A DNA stretch of 64,000 bases from Promethearchaeota archaeon. Its GTDB lineage: Archaea; Asgardarchaeota; Thorarchaeia; Thorarchaeales; Thorarchaeaceae. The stretch is taken from contig WJMJ01000062.1 in assembly GCA_014728035.1 (NCBI GenBank), forward strand, positions 23,558 through 87,557, given 5' to 3'. The notes below the pieces were generated by a model. That model was given only the letters and a program-made list of their open reading frames with translations. It was not told the DNA's origin and did not search any database. Below, piece after piece: positions 1 to 9,044 of the stretch. Each line of letters starts with the position of its first letter. Positions within the stretch are counted from its first letter, which is position 1. Position numbers and translations under genes: made by a program.

Positions 1-3000
1 AATGTTACAGTAACTATCTCTGTCGAGGGTAGTTGTGATTCTGGGTGAAGAGCAAAGTAAGCTGAGAGATAGTTTTTAGCCTCGCCTAGAATGGTCTCAT
101 GAGATTGGTCTATAGCAGTCTCAAAATAGATTCCTGTCTTCTGGTATCCAATGCTATTCTCTTGTGAAGCGTCATGGATCCCAAAGATCAATCGGGTGTC
201 ATCTAGCGAGTCGCCTGAAACAGATGAATCACCATCATACACAAATGCTTGCGAATCAGAAAATGCTGAATAGCTCAGTCCAAAACCGGTGGTGATATCC
301 TGAGAGGGGATTCTTATGCTGAATGAATCTCCAGCAGAGAGGGAAATGGACCTATCAAATTCAAACAAGAACACTCCTTCAGTATCAACAGTTTCTTTGG
401 ATTCGTAGCGATGTCCATTGTGGACCAGCTCTATAGAGACTTCCTGGGAAGTAATATCCACATCACTAAGAGAGAGATAGATACCAGACGCCTGTATATC
501 TTCCTTTACCTGTGCTTGTTGTTCGATCGCTCCAGCTATGGAGGGGATGGTAGCCGTGATAGGAATGGATGACAGCTTGGTGACTGTATCTTGTTCACCA
601 AGTCCACGATATCTCCATTCTCCCAACTGATACGGAGGATAGTCCCAATCATCACACAGAGGTGAACTGTCCATCAGCTCGTATCCAACCATCTGAAGTG
701 CAATAGTCTTCAGCGAACTGGAGACCGATGTGTTGAGTAAGAGGTGATGAATCCAATCGTTTTCAACTGGATTTGTCAGCAAGTCAGATGTGACAATTGA
801 CGGTAACATTTCCTTAACATTGTCGAAGTTGCCAAGTGACCAGCTGAGATACTCTGATACTAGGTCTAGGTCAATATCACCAATGAGTGGGCCTGGATCT
901 AATCTTAGGAGAAATTCAAGGCGTCTCATTCGTTCGGGTGATCGAGTGATACCGACTAACGTAAGTATTTGTGTAGCGAGTGAATTGATTCCAGTATCAA
1001 ATGCCATTCCGGTCTTCTTGTAGACATCTTCAGCTTCTGATAGAAGTGCATCTATCTCTGGGAGTAGATCATCTGGAAGAATTGCTGCGATGATCTTTCT
1101 GGCACTACTTCGTGCACCATTGAGGTATGCGGATTTTGTACAACCATCCTTGCCGAGTTTATGATCCGACCTATCAAAATATTTCTCTGCTTTGCCATTT
1201 TCGTTGATAGCTAGAGCGATTGTTTCAAACGGATGAATAGCATCCCCCTTTACTGATGATGTTCGGACGACATATACACCTTCTTTGTAGGGATGGGTAT
1301 GAACGAAGGTTTGAATATTCCCTGTAGATTTGACCCCTGTCATTTTGATGGATGTTTCACCCTCGATTACATTGATAGAGGTTAGATACTTTGCACCGAT
1401 ATCCAGAATGAATCCCGATGAGAACCACATATGTCCCTCACTATCTTTTTGAGCAAGGAGCATCAACGTTCGACTATCAGAAGCATGCTGGGCATCAAGA
1501 TAGGAACCTCCAACAGGATGTTCGATGTCAATAGGAATCCAGATACCGTCGCCTTCATCACTCTTCCAACCATCAGCTGCGTTAAAGGTTGTGTCGGAGG
1601 ATATCAATCCTCTATCTAGTAATTCATTATAGCGAGTTCTGTCAATCGAAGCAATTGCTGCAAAGGAACCATACCTTCTGTTATCAGGCCACTTCTCACC
1701 AGTATAGATATCTCCGGTACGATAGATATCACTTTTAGTATCATGTGTGTTGTGTGATCCTTCATCAACCTCAGCAATAAGTGATTCAAATCGCCATCTA
1801 CTACGTTGCAGCAGATGATATACAGGCGAAAATAAGATAACATCGATCATATTACAGAGCTTCCTGAACTCAATTCGGAATTTTTGAGGAGCTGGTGTTC
1901 CATCTATGACCAGATTCTCTTTATATGCAGGTATCGTATAGATTTCTTCATAGACACTACTGAGAGATTCCTCAACCTGTTTTAGTTCAGAATAACTCTG
2001 AGAGTTTGGTTCGGTCCTATATTTCTCTAGAGCTATTTTATAGTCGGTTATTGTTTTTATCAAAGCGCGTAACTTATCGGCGACACCCCCCTCACCCTCT
2101 TTGCCTCCCCAGAATTCGCGATTACTACTTGTCTGTATCTTTGAAGACCCTCTAAGAGGTGAAACAATGGTATCTTTATTTTCTATTTTGTTAACGATAC
2201 TCGTTAATAGAGCTTTACTAAACTCTGTAATAATGGGAACATCAGCCCTACAAAGACTGCTAAGACGACCGCCAATAAATGGAGACCCTTCATGGGTATA
2301 GCAGATCACGTAATCATCTAGACCATCTAAGGGTAATTTCGAGATTTCTATGACAATATCGTCGTATTGTCCGGATATTTCTGGTACGGTGAACAGTGTA
2401 GGAATCTCAAAATCGTTATCAATAAAAAAAGAATGTAGGACTTTCCCCGGATTACGAGAACCTAGAAGTGGAGTTTGGACAGGATTATTGGAATTGCTTC
2501 CTTTTTGCGGATAGATTTGACCAACGGGCAATTCAATCTGGATAGAAATTTCAGAAAATTTCTCCCATGACTTAAACAGAGAAAGATATCTTTCAACGAG
2601 TCGACCTGTTCTATCTTCATATTTTATCTTTTTTTTACCATATTCCGTATCGGTAAATCCAAGTGGATGAATAGTTGTACTTATTTTTTCAGTTTCTCTT
2701 TTATTCTCTTTCAGGATTCTAGACATGAAATTTTGAGCAATGTCGGCCTCATCGAGATAGATTTTTCCAAGTAGCTTGCCAGAGTCTATCCGAACCCATG
2801 AACTCCTAGTTTCAGATACTATTTTTGCACCACTCATAGGAATCTTATATTTATCGGAGTCTTCATAGCGTGCTGCCCAATAGAACAGTTTCTCAAAGGT
2901 ATCAATATTCTTAGAAGGGTTAGGACCCGATTCTGTTTTTCCTTCACATAGAGCACTAGGAAAACCTATTTCTCCAAGAATAGAATTAGAAATGCCACTC

Positions 3001-6000
3001 GTTTTAGATATATCAATGGCATGTTTCATCAATGCATCGGGGTCTATAGTAATAGCACCTTCTTCGATTCGCAGGATACCAGTTACCTCTGCATCTTTGA
3101 ACAAGTCGAGCTCCTTTGGTTCCAGATCGGATTCTTTTCGTCCAAGTAGTTTATGATATTCCTGCTTAAGATAGACTATCTTCTGGGGACGGATCTCTCC
3201 TGATTCATCTCTGGAATATAGAGCTACAAATATTGGAGGAATATCGCTTCCCACTAGACCATGCCGTTCAGATTGAGCGCTTGTGGTCTTCAGTATTTCT
3301 ACTTTCTCTGATTCTTTATTGATTCGTCTGTATTCTACCATATCACGAAGATGCTTTCCCGAAGAAGGCTTTGCAAAGTAGTGAAGTAGTGCAATCCGGG
3401 TATTCTTAACATCATCTAGCTCACCCATCTTTATTGCAAGAGTTTCAACTGCACCTCGCACCGTACCAATGAGATGAGTAAGAACCTTGTCAACATCTTC
3501 AGATATTTCAAATTCCTGTAGGATTTGTTGCGAGATAGCTATGACCACATCAGGAACACTGAGTAGACCTCTTTCACTTGAGACTGAGAGCAATCCACCC
3601 TCATGAACTTCAAAAGACGATAGTGAACTGTGAAGATGTGCCAAAGCGAGATAGAAGATATCGGTGGGTGATAATTCTAATGATTTCAGCTCCTCTGGAG
3701 AAATGCCCTTATCAATACATAGTTTGGCCAGAGCCAACCGACCAAGTTCTTGACCCAAGGTAATACCTCTCTGTCTACAGGATAATTGCCGCATCAATGA
3801 TGCGGCTCTTATGGGGGAGATGATGCTACGAGACTCAAAAGCACCGCCAATCTCGTAAGAGAGGATCTTGTCAAGAATACCATAGTCTCTATTGTCAGTA
3901 TTATCTGGAACTAGTTGAGACATGAATATGATCTCAGCAAGAATCATTGCAAATCTTACAGCTTCATCTTTAGCTGGTGTTATTAGGTCTGAGTCCTCAG
4001 ACTTACCATCTTTCTCCACTAGAGCTCGGTATGCCTTGTTCAATCTATCAATTTCAGTAGGGTCAGTAAGAAGATTCTCTATTTCTCGATGTAGACTAGT
4101 AGGCATTAATGTGACCCTAGCATATCTTCTTCCTTGAATCACCTTGTATAATTTGTCCAATCGGCCTTTCAGATCTGTGGGATTCATGTTATTAGATATC
4201 TTGATATTTGTTTCATATTCTACATCGATAATAGGATGCCCCCTTCGTTGGTATACCTCGATTGCACGAACTGCAACAGGATGCATTAGTAGAGGTAGCA
4301 GAGAGTCCATTCCCGGAGTGAAACGCGCTACAGTCAAGAAGCCTTCAATAATAAGTAGTGCATCTCTAAACGAAACTTCATCCTTCATGCGGCCCATATT
4401 AAACTCACGTAGAAGACTTGCAATCTCCGCATCCAGACGCATCGTTTGAATCTCTTGTTTGCTATGCAGAAGAACAAGATTGCGAGACAAATATTGAAAT
4501 CCAAGATTATCAAGGCTGTATTCCCCAATACTTTTTGTAGTAGTCGAGAGCATTTTTTCAACATTGATCATTTCCGAGTGAAACTGGTCTGTAAGGTCGA
4601 TTGTGACCCTAATTTCAGGGTTGTTTCCTAGAAGATTTTGGAGTAGCGGTGTCTTCAAAGTCTTCGTGAATTCTGAGGAGGTAAAATCAGGAGAAAATTG
4701 ATTCAAAAAGCTTGGAGTAAATGGGGATGATTTGTCAGCTCTACTAACGGATATGGAGAAATTCTTCAGAGTGACCTGGCCATTATATCCGGCCTCTGTA
4801 GCACGAACCTGAATGATGACCTCATTGGAGAATACCTGAGTATCTATGGGTATTGTGCTGGTCCACCGTTTTTGATCTCTTTGGGTCTCGATACATTCAC
4901 AGGTATGTCTACGAGTGGTATTGTCATAGTATAGGAGAATATCAACAGAGGAAACATCAACAGTGTCAACAGTAAGACATTCAATATCAAGTTCGGGTCT
5001 TTGTGTCATCGAATCAATGACCAGTCTTTGTTGAAAAGGCTTGACCAGCTCGATGTGGGTCTTATGGATGAAGACATTCTCATATGAGGTCCAAGGAGCA
5101 TATTCCAGACTTCCAATGGAAGATTCCCATTTTCCAAATAGCTCCTGAATCTTCCCAAATGGCAGTCCCAAGGACACAGTTGGAGATAGTTCCATCAGGA
5201 ACATGAATAGAAATACCAAAGATAGTACCATCATCGTTCTTTTAGGAGAGACAAAACTAATTCCAATCCCAACCAATGTTAATGAGAGAAACAGAAAGAC
5301 CAAATCATTGTCAGGAGTCTCAGACGTGGAAGGTTCGGAAAGAAGTTCTGCAACCGGATAGTTATATCGATCTTTTAGATTCCAACATATTGAACTATCA
5401 TTCTGTTCTGAGATTACATACGGGGTATAAGTCTGGTATATTTCTGAGGTCAGATTCAATAGGGTATCGCGAAGTAGAAGTAAAGAAAGCCCTTCTGATA
5501 GTGAAGTGGTCCGTTTTGTTTGACCAGAATACCAAGAAGATAGATCTAGCTTTACTCGTTTTAGGAGGTCTGCAATCTCCTTTGGTCCAGACTCTGTTGA
5601 AAATAAGGAGTCTAATGCATCAAGTCGTATGAGTGTGTTGATCGATTTGTAAGTAGCTTGGTGAGAGGTCATAGTGGAAGTTGGAGGGAATGAATTCGAA
5701 TCATAATCATAGAGTGACACAATTCGTTCTGCTATTGATTCAGTATCGATAAGATGAGAGATGATTGCCGAGTCATAAGAGTGAGTACCGACCATAAAGT
5801 GAAGTAGTTCCGTATATTGAACAATCGAATCCAGACCAGAATTCGCAAGTTCCTCACTCAGATCATTGAACAATACCAAATCCAAGACTAACATGTTATC
5901 TTTGCGAGCAGGCTCATAGTCCGACCACGTGAGTTTCACGTCAGAGATTTGAAAAGGAGATAGTCCTAGTTCAGAGTAGAAACCTGTTGTGTGAGCTATT

Positions 6001-6518
6001 CTCAATACCCAATAGTAGACAGCGAGGTTATCGAGGTTGCTTAGACTCCGTAAAGATACAGACCGTCTAAAAGAGGAATGGAGATAACGACGTACATCTT
6101 CCAAGACTTCTCTTGGAATACCACCTATATGATTCAAGATTTCGAGACTAAATGCAGTTGTTTCAAAATCAGGTCCAGCAGATGCATCAGTCTGAAAACC
6201 ACCCTGAATAGGCTCATGCTGGGCTAGTACATCATCCCGAACCCTATCCAATATCTCTGACAGTCTTGCATCCCATTCAGAATCGGATGCTAATTCCAAT
6301 AGCTGTAGAGCTGATAATGTGGATGATAATGTTGCATTACTCCCAGGTGTATCTCCAAATCCGTGATTCAGAGGATCGTAACAATCGACAAGATACGAGG
6401 GGATATCGATGTGTTGTTCTGAGACTTGATTCGTTGACGCGGTCATAACAACAGAACTGGATAGAATCAAGACCATCACAAGTATGTATTGACTTAGTAA
6501 CTTCGCATTGAACTGCAT
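1..6518 (-). CDS. Giant (>2172 aa, 3'-truncated by window edge) exported/membrane-anchored protein: signal peptide, prenyltransferase/squalene-cyclase-like repeats, TM hairpin, beta-rich domains, internal JAB/MPN-like domain
   Basis: Manual translation from ATG at 6518-6516 (MQFNAKLLSQYILVMVLILSSSVVMTAS...) has no stop down to base 3. GGGAG lies upstream. Motifs GFGDTPGSNATLSSTLSAL and GGFQTDASAGPDFETTAFSL; hydrophobic pair LVFLFLSLTLVGIGISFV / TMMVLSLVFLFMFLM; FVHTHP at 1290-1307. Confidence 0.9.
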   Translation of the reverse strand, partial: MQFNAKLLSQYILVMVLILSSSVVMTASTNQVSEQHIDIPSYLVDCYDPLNHGFGDTPGSNATLSSTLSALQLLELASDSEWDARLSEILDRVRDDVLAQHEPIQGGFQTDASAGPDFETTAFSLEILNHIGGIPREVLEDVRRYLHSSFRRSVSLRSLSNLDNLAVYYWVLRIAHTTGFYSELGLSPFQISDVKLTWSDYEPARKDNMLVLDLVLFNDLSEELANSGLDSIVQYTELLHFMVGTHSYDSAIISHLIDTESIAERIVSLYDYDSNSFPPTSTMTSHQATYKSINTLIRLDALDSLFSTESGPKEIADLLKRVKLDLSSWYSGQTKRTTSLSEGLSLLLLRDTLLNLTSEIYQTYTPYVISEQNDSSICWNLKDRYNYPVAELLSEPSTSETPDNDLVFLFLSLTLVGIGISFVSPKRTMMVLSLVFLFMFLMELSPTVSLGLPFGKIQELFGKWESSIGSLEYAPWTSYENVFIHKTHIELVKPFQQRLVIDSMTQRPELDIECLTVDTVDVSSVDILLYYDNTTRRHTCECIETQRDQKRWTSTIPIDTQVFSNEVIIQVRATEAGYNGQVTLKNFSISVSRADKSSPFTPSFLNQFSPDFTSSEFTKTLKTPLLQNLLGNNPEIRVTIDLTDQFHSEMINVEKMLSTTTKSIGEYSLDNLGFQYLSRNLVLLHSKQEIQTMRLDAEIASLLREFNMGRMKDEVSFRDALLIIEGFLTVARFTPGMDSLLPLLMHPVAVRAIEVYQRRGHPIIDVEYETNIKISNNMNPTDLKGRLDKLYKVIQGRRYARVTLMPTSLHREIENLLTDPTEIDRLNKAYRALVEKDGKSEDSDLITPAKDEAVRFAMILAEIIFMSQLVPDNTDNRDYGILDKILSYEIGGAFESRSIISPIRAASLMRQLSCRQRGITLGQELGRLALAKLCIDKGISPEELKSLELSPTDIFYLALAHLHSSLSSFEVHEGGLLSVSSERGLLSVPDVVIAISQQILQEFEISEDVDKVLTHLIGTVRGAVETLAIKMGELDDVKNTRIALLHYFAKPSSGKHLRDMVEYRRINKESEKVEILKTTSAQSERHGLVGSDIPPIFVALYSRDESGEIRPQKIVYLKQEYHKLLGRKESDLEPKELDLFKDAEVTGILRIEEGAITIDPDALMKHAIDISKTSGISNSILGEIGFPSALCEGKTESGPNPSKNIDTFEKLFYWAARYEDSDKYKIPMSGAKIVSETRSSWVRIDSGKLLGKIYLDEADIAQNFMSRILKENKRETEKISTTIHPLGFTDTEYGKKKIKYEDRTGRLVERYLSLFKSWEKFSEISIQIELPVGQIYPQKGSNSNNPVQTPLLGSRNPGKVLHSFFIDNDFEIPTLFTVPEISGQYDDIVIEISKLPLDGLDDYVICYTHEGSPFIGGRLSSLCRADVPIITEFSKALLTSIVNKIENKDTIVSPLRGSSKIQTSSNREFWGGKEGEGGVADKLRALIKTITDYKIALEKYRTEPNSQSYSELKQVEESLSSVYEEIYTIPAYKENLVIDGTPAPQKFRIEFRKLCNMIDVILFSPVYHLLQRSRWRFESLIAEVDEGSHNTHDTKSDIYRTGDIYTGEKWPDNRRYGSFAAIASIDRTRYNELLDRGLISSDTTFNAADGWKSDEGDGIWIPIDIEHPVGGSYLDAQHASDSRTLMLLAQKDSEGHMWFSSGFILDIGAKYLTSINVIEGETSIKMTGVKSTGNIQTFVHTHPYKEGVYVVRTSSVKGDAIHPFETIALAINENGKAEKYFDRSDHKLGKDGCTKSAYLNGARSSARKIIAAILPDDLLPEIDALLSEAEDVYKKTGMAFDTGINSLATQILTLVGITRSPERMRRLEFLLRLDPGPLIGDIDLDLVSEYLSWSLGNFDNVKEMLPSIVTSDLLTNPVENDWIHHLLLNTSVSSSLKTIALQMVGYELMDSSPLCDDWDYPPYQLGEWRYRGLGEQDTVTKLSSIPITATIPSIAGAIEQQAQVKEDIQASGIYLSLSDVDITSQEVSIELVHNGHRYESKETVDTEGVFLFEFDRSISLSAGDSFSIRIPSQDITTGFGLSYSAFSDSQAFVYDGDSSVSGDSLDDTRLIFGIHDASQENSIGYQKTGIYFETAIDQSHETILGEAKNYLSAYFALHPESQLPSTEIVTVT

Positions 6519-6892
6519 AGGAATTCTACTCCCAACCCGAACACCAATAGACAGCTATGATGGATTGATATGACATACTCCTTCATATGGACCTACTTTA
6601 CGGTGTTGCTTGAAATTTCGTTGTGACGCAATAATATAAACCACTATCGATAACTTATCATCCATAATATAATACCTCTATTCAATGTACGGAGTTGTTA
6701 TAGAACCCCACTAATGTAGATATGTTATAATAACCCGTAGAAAGAATAAACGAACGCTATTTACTCCAGTATCCTGTTTTGTTTGCTGATTCTTTTCACC
6801 CCAAGAGGCAAGATTAGAAAGAAAATGCCTCATTAGTCATCTTCTACGAGCTTAAAAGGGAAGGATATCAAGAGAGTATTGGTGGAGTCCGT

Positions 6893-8539
6893 TTGGTTGA
6901 CACAGAAGTGGTATATCTCGTGAGTGGACTGGGTCCAACAGTGGAATTCAATGTCGTGGATGTCGAATCTGACTCATTTCGACTCTCTATCCTTCGTTCT
7001 TCTACGGAATTGCCAGCGGGTAGGTTGGGCTTAGTACATATAGATCTAGAACCCCTCAGAGAGTGTAAGGATTTGGAAAAGATAGATCTGTTTGGGAACT
7101 TTTTTGAGTCAATAGATCTATCACCTTTAGCTTATTGTGAGTCTATACAAGAGGTCATCCTGGAAGAGAATGAACTCACCGAGATAGACCTCACTCCACT
7201 CTCTGCATGTAAGAATCTTAGGAAGCTAGAGATAGATGAAAACAGACTCGAACAGGTGGACCTAGAACCCATATCATCCTGCGAAAGACTTCGAAGTCTC
7301 GGTCTGGCATCCAATCGGCTAACTGAGATAGACCTGTCACCTCTGGTATCGTGCACGGACCTTACTTACCTTTTACTCAGTGGAAACAACCTACATCAGA
7401 TAGACCTGTCACCTCTGGCCTCATGTAAGAAGTTGAAGTTGGTTGGCTTAGAAATAAATAAGTTAGAACATATCGACTTGTCTTCTCTATCGTCATGTCC
7501 TGGGCTGTATCTTCTGGGTCTTAGTGATAATTTTCTGGATAGCTTTACCCTTGACGCACTAACAGGATGCAAGGACGTAGAGAGGGTGTCCATAGATGGT
7601 AATTCTCTATCATATATTGACCTATCCCTTGTGTTTTGTTTCCCCCAGCTAAAGAAATTTTCAATTTCAGACCGAGAGGGCAACCTACCTGAACTGAGAT
7701 ACATCTTCAGACCAAGTATGCCGCCAGATATTGAGGACGATTGGTACAATAGATTGACATGGAAGGATATCCCCACCATAATAGAGCAAGATGGCTGGAA
7801 GACACTCTCCAATCAACTCGTGATGAAGATACAAGAACTATCATATCTCAATAGACTCTTTCTCCAAGGAGAAGTATTGACACAGTTGGATTTAGAACAT
7901 TTTCGAATTCTCGATGCAGACCTGAGAGAGGTCATGAGAAACATCCCGGATCACAGAGATGTACACTCTATAAGACGGGAATTTCGGAAACGACTCATTC
8001 CGCTACTGCAGACTCAGATAGAAAAAGGGGGCCCAACTCATCTAATAGATATCGAAGACATCACAAGGGACGAGGGAGCTAGGCTTCTTGCACCCATATT
8101 GCGTTCACGTATGGAAGAAGACAGACATCTCTATGTCCTCAAACAAGAGAGAACTATTGAAGGTGAATGTGAAGTTGTCTACGACCTCACTCCACTCTAT
8201 TTCACTGCTCATGGATATCAACTTGTCATCAACCTCGTTGAGAGTGGCATTCTTCAAAGGCAGCAGGGGTTACGATTATCTGCAAATCAATTTCACCAGA
8301 TAGATGAACAACTGACTCAGAACGATATAGAAATAGAGATGTCCCAGTCAATACAGCCATTGCATACCGTGATATCAGAGGCACAAATGTATTACATGTT
8401 AGATTGGAACAGAGAGATAACTCTCAACAAGTATTATGTGAACCCATTCTTCGAGTCATATACCAATTACTTCTTCCAACCTGCTAGTGCAGACGCATTT
8501 CCAGACCCTCCAGAGCATTTACGACAAGCGCATCACTAG
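6893..8539 (+). CDS. Leucine-rich repeat protein (about 9-10 22-aa IDLxPL repeats) with uncharacterised C-terminal domain
   Basis: Repeats LxxLxLxxNxLxxIDLxPLxxC; GGTGGAG upstream of the TTG start. Confidence 0.9.
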   Translation: MVDTEVVYLVSGLGPTVEFNVVDVESDSFRLSILRSSTELPAGRLGLVHIDLEPLRECKDLEKIDLFGNFFESIDLSPLAYCESIQEVILEENELTEIDLTPLSACKNLRKLEIDENRLEQVDLEPISSCERLRSLGLASNRLTEIDLSPLVSCTDLTYLLLSGNNLHQIDLSPLASCKKLKLVGLEINKLEHIDLSSLSSCPGLYLLGLSDNFLDSFTLDALTGCKDVERVSIDGNSLSYIDLSLVFCFPQLKKFSISDREGNLPELRYIFRPSMPPDIEDDWYNRLTWKDIPTIIEQDGWKTLSNQLVMKIQELSYLNRLFLQGEVLTQLDLEHFRILDADLREVMRNIPDHRDVHSIRREFRKRLIPLLQTQIEKGGPTHLIDIEDITRDEGARLLAPILRSRMEEDRHLYVLKQERTIEGECEVVYDLTPLYFTAHGYQLVINLVESGILQRQQGLRLSANQFHQIDEQLTQNDIEIEMSQSIQPLHTVISEAQMYYMLDWNREITLNKYYVNPFFESYTNYFFQPASADAFPDPPEHLRQAHH

Positions 8540-8764
8540 TATGGAACCGAGAATGGGAAAGATTGTAAAATCAAATCCGGGTTCGGTAACTCCAATACTA
8601 AAACCAGCTCTTATCTGGGTGAATAGCACCATGAAAATTATTGTTGAATCAAACTCCGAATTAGCCACCCAGTATATCGCTTCTGAATCAAAATCTCTTT
8701 CACAAATATACCCTCTGCTATAAAGAATCCAGTGTCTAAATCCGGTTTTTCTCTGTGTAATCAA
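8540..8764 (-). pseudogene. Frameshifted, truncated remnant resembling the N-terminus of an ABC-2 type permease
   Basis: AGGAGG 8 nt before TTG. Joining frames gives MITQRKTGFRHWI / FIAEGIFVKEILIQKRYTGWLIRSLIQ / IIFMVLFTQIRAGF...FPILGSIL, which breaks off at the LRR gene end. Confidence 0.45.
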
Positions 8765-9044
8765 TTACCATTCCTCCTACAAATTAATCTTTGGATGTTT
8801 GTTTGAATCAAGTTATACACTGACAGATACCTCCAAATTATCATCTGTTAGAAAAAAGCATCCTCAAGAGTTGCCTCTCCAAGATTCTAAGATATATCCT
8901 AACTAATCGAGCTTCGTCAGAGAGCCTAACTGCATCAATGATATGTTTGATAGCTCGTTCCTCATAACTACATTGATATTCAAACATGTATACCATTTCT
9001 TAGAATCAAGACAAATCTTTACAGCCGAATGCTGTTGTTGATGG

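Noticed and set aside
790-6448. Short ORFs listed by the track in 0.8-6.4 kb
   Set aside because: They are shadows of the uninterrupted giant minus-strand ORF; the region is neither non-coding nor recoded.
7180-7440. Repeated AGATAGACCT(G/C) DNA motifs as a possible CRISPR or DGR repeat
   Set aside because: Spacing in multiples of 66 nt, in frame, simply encodes the LRR IDL motif; no spacers, cas genes or reverse transcriptase.
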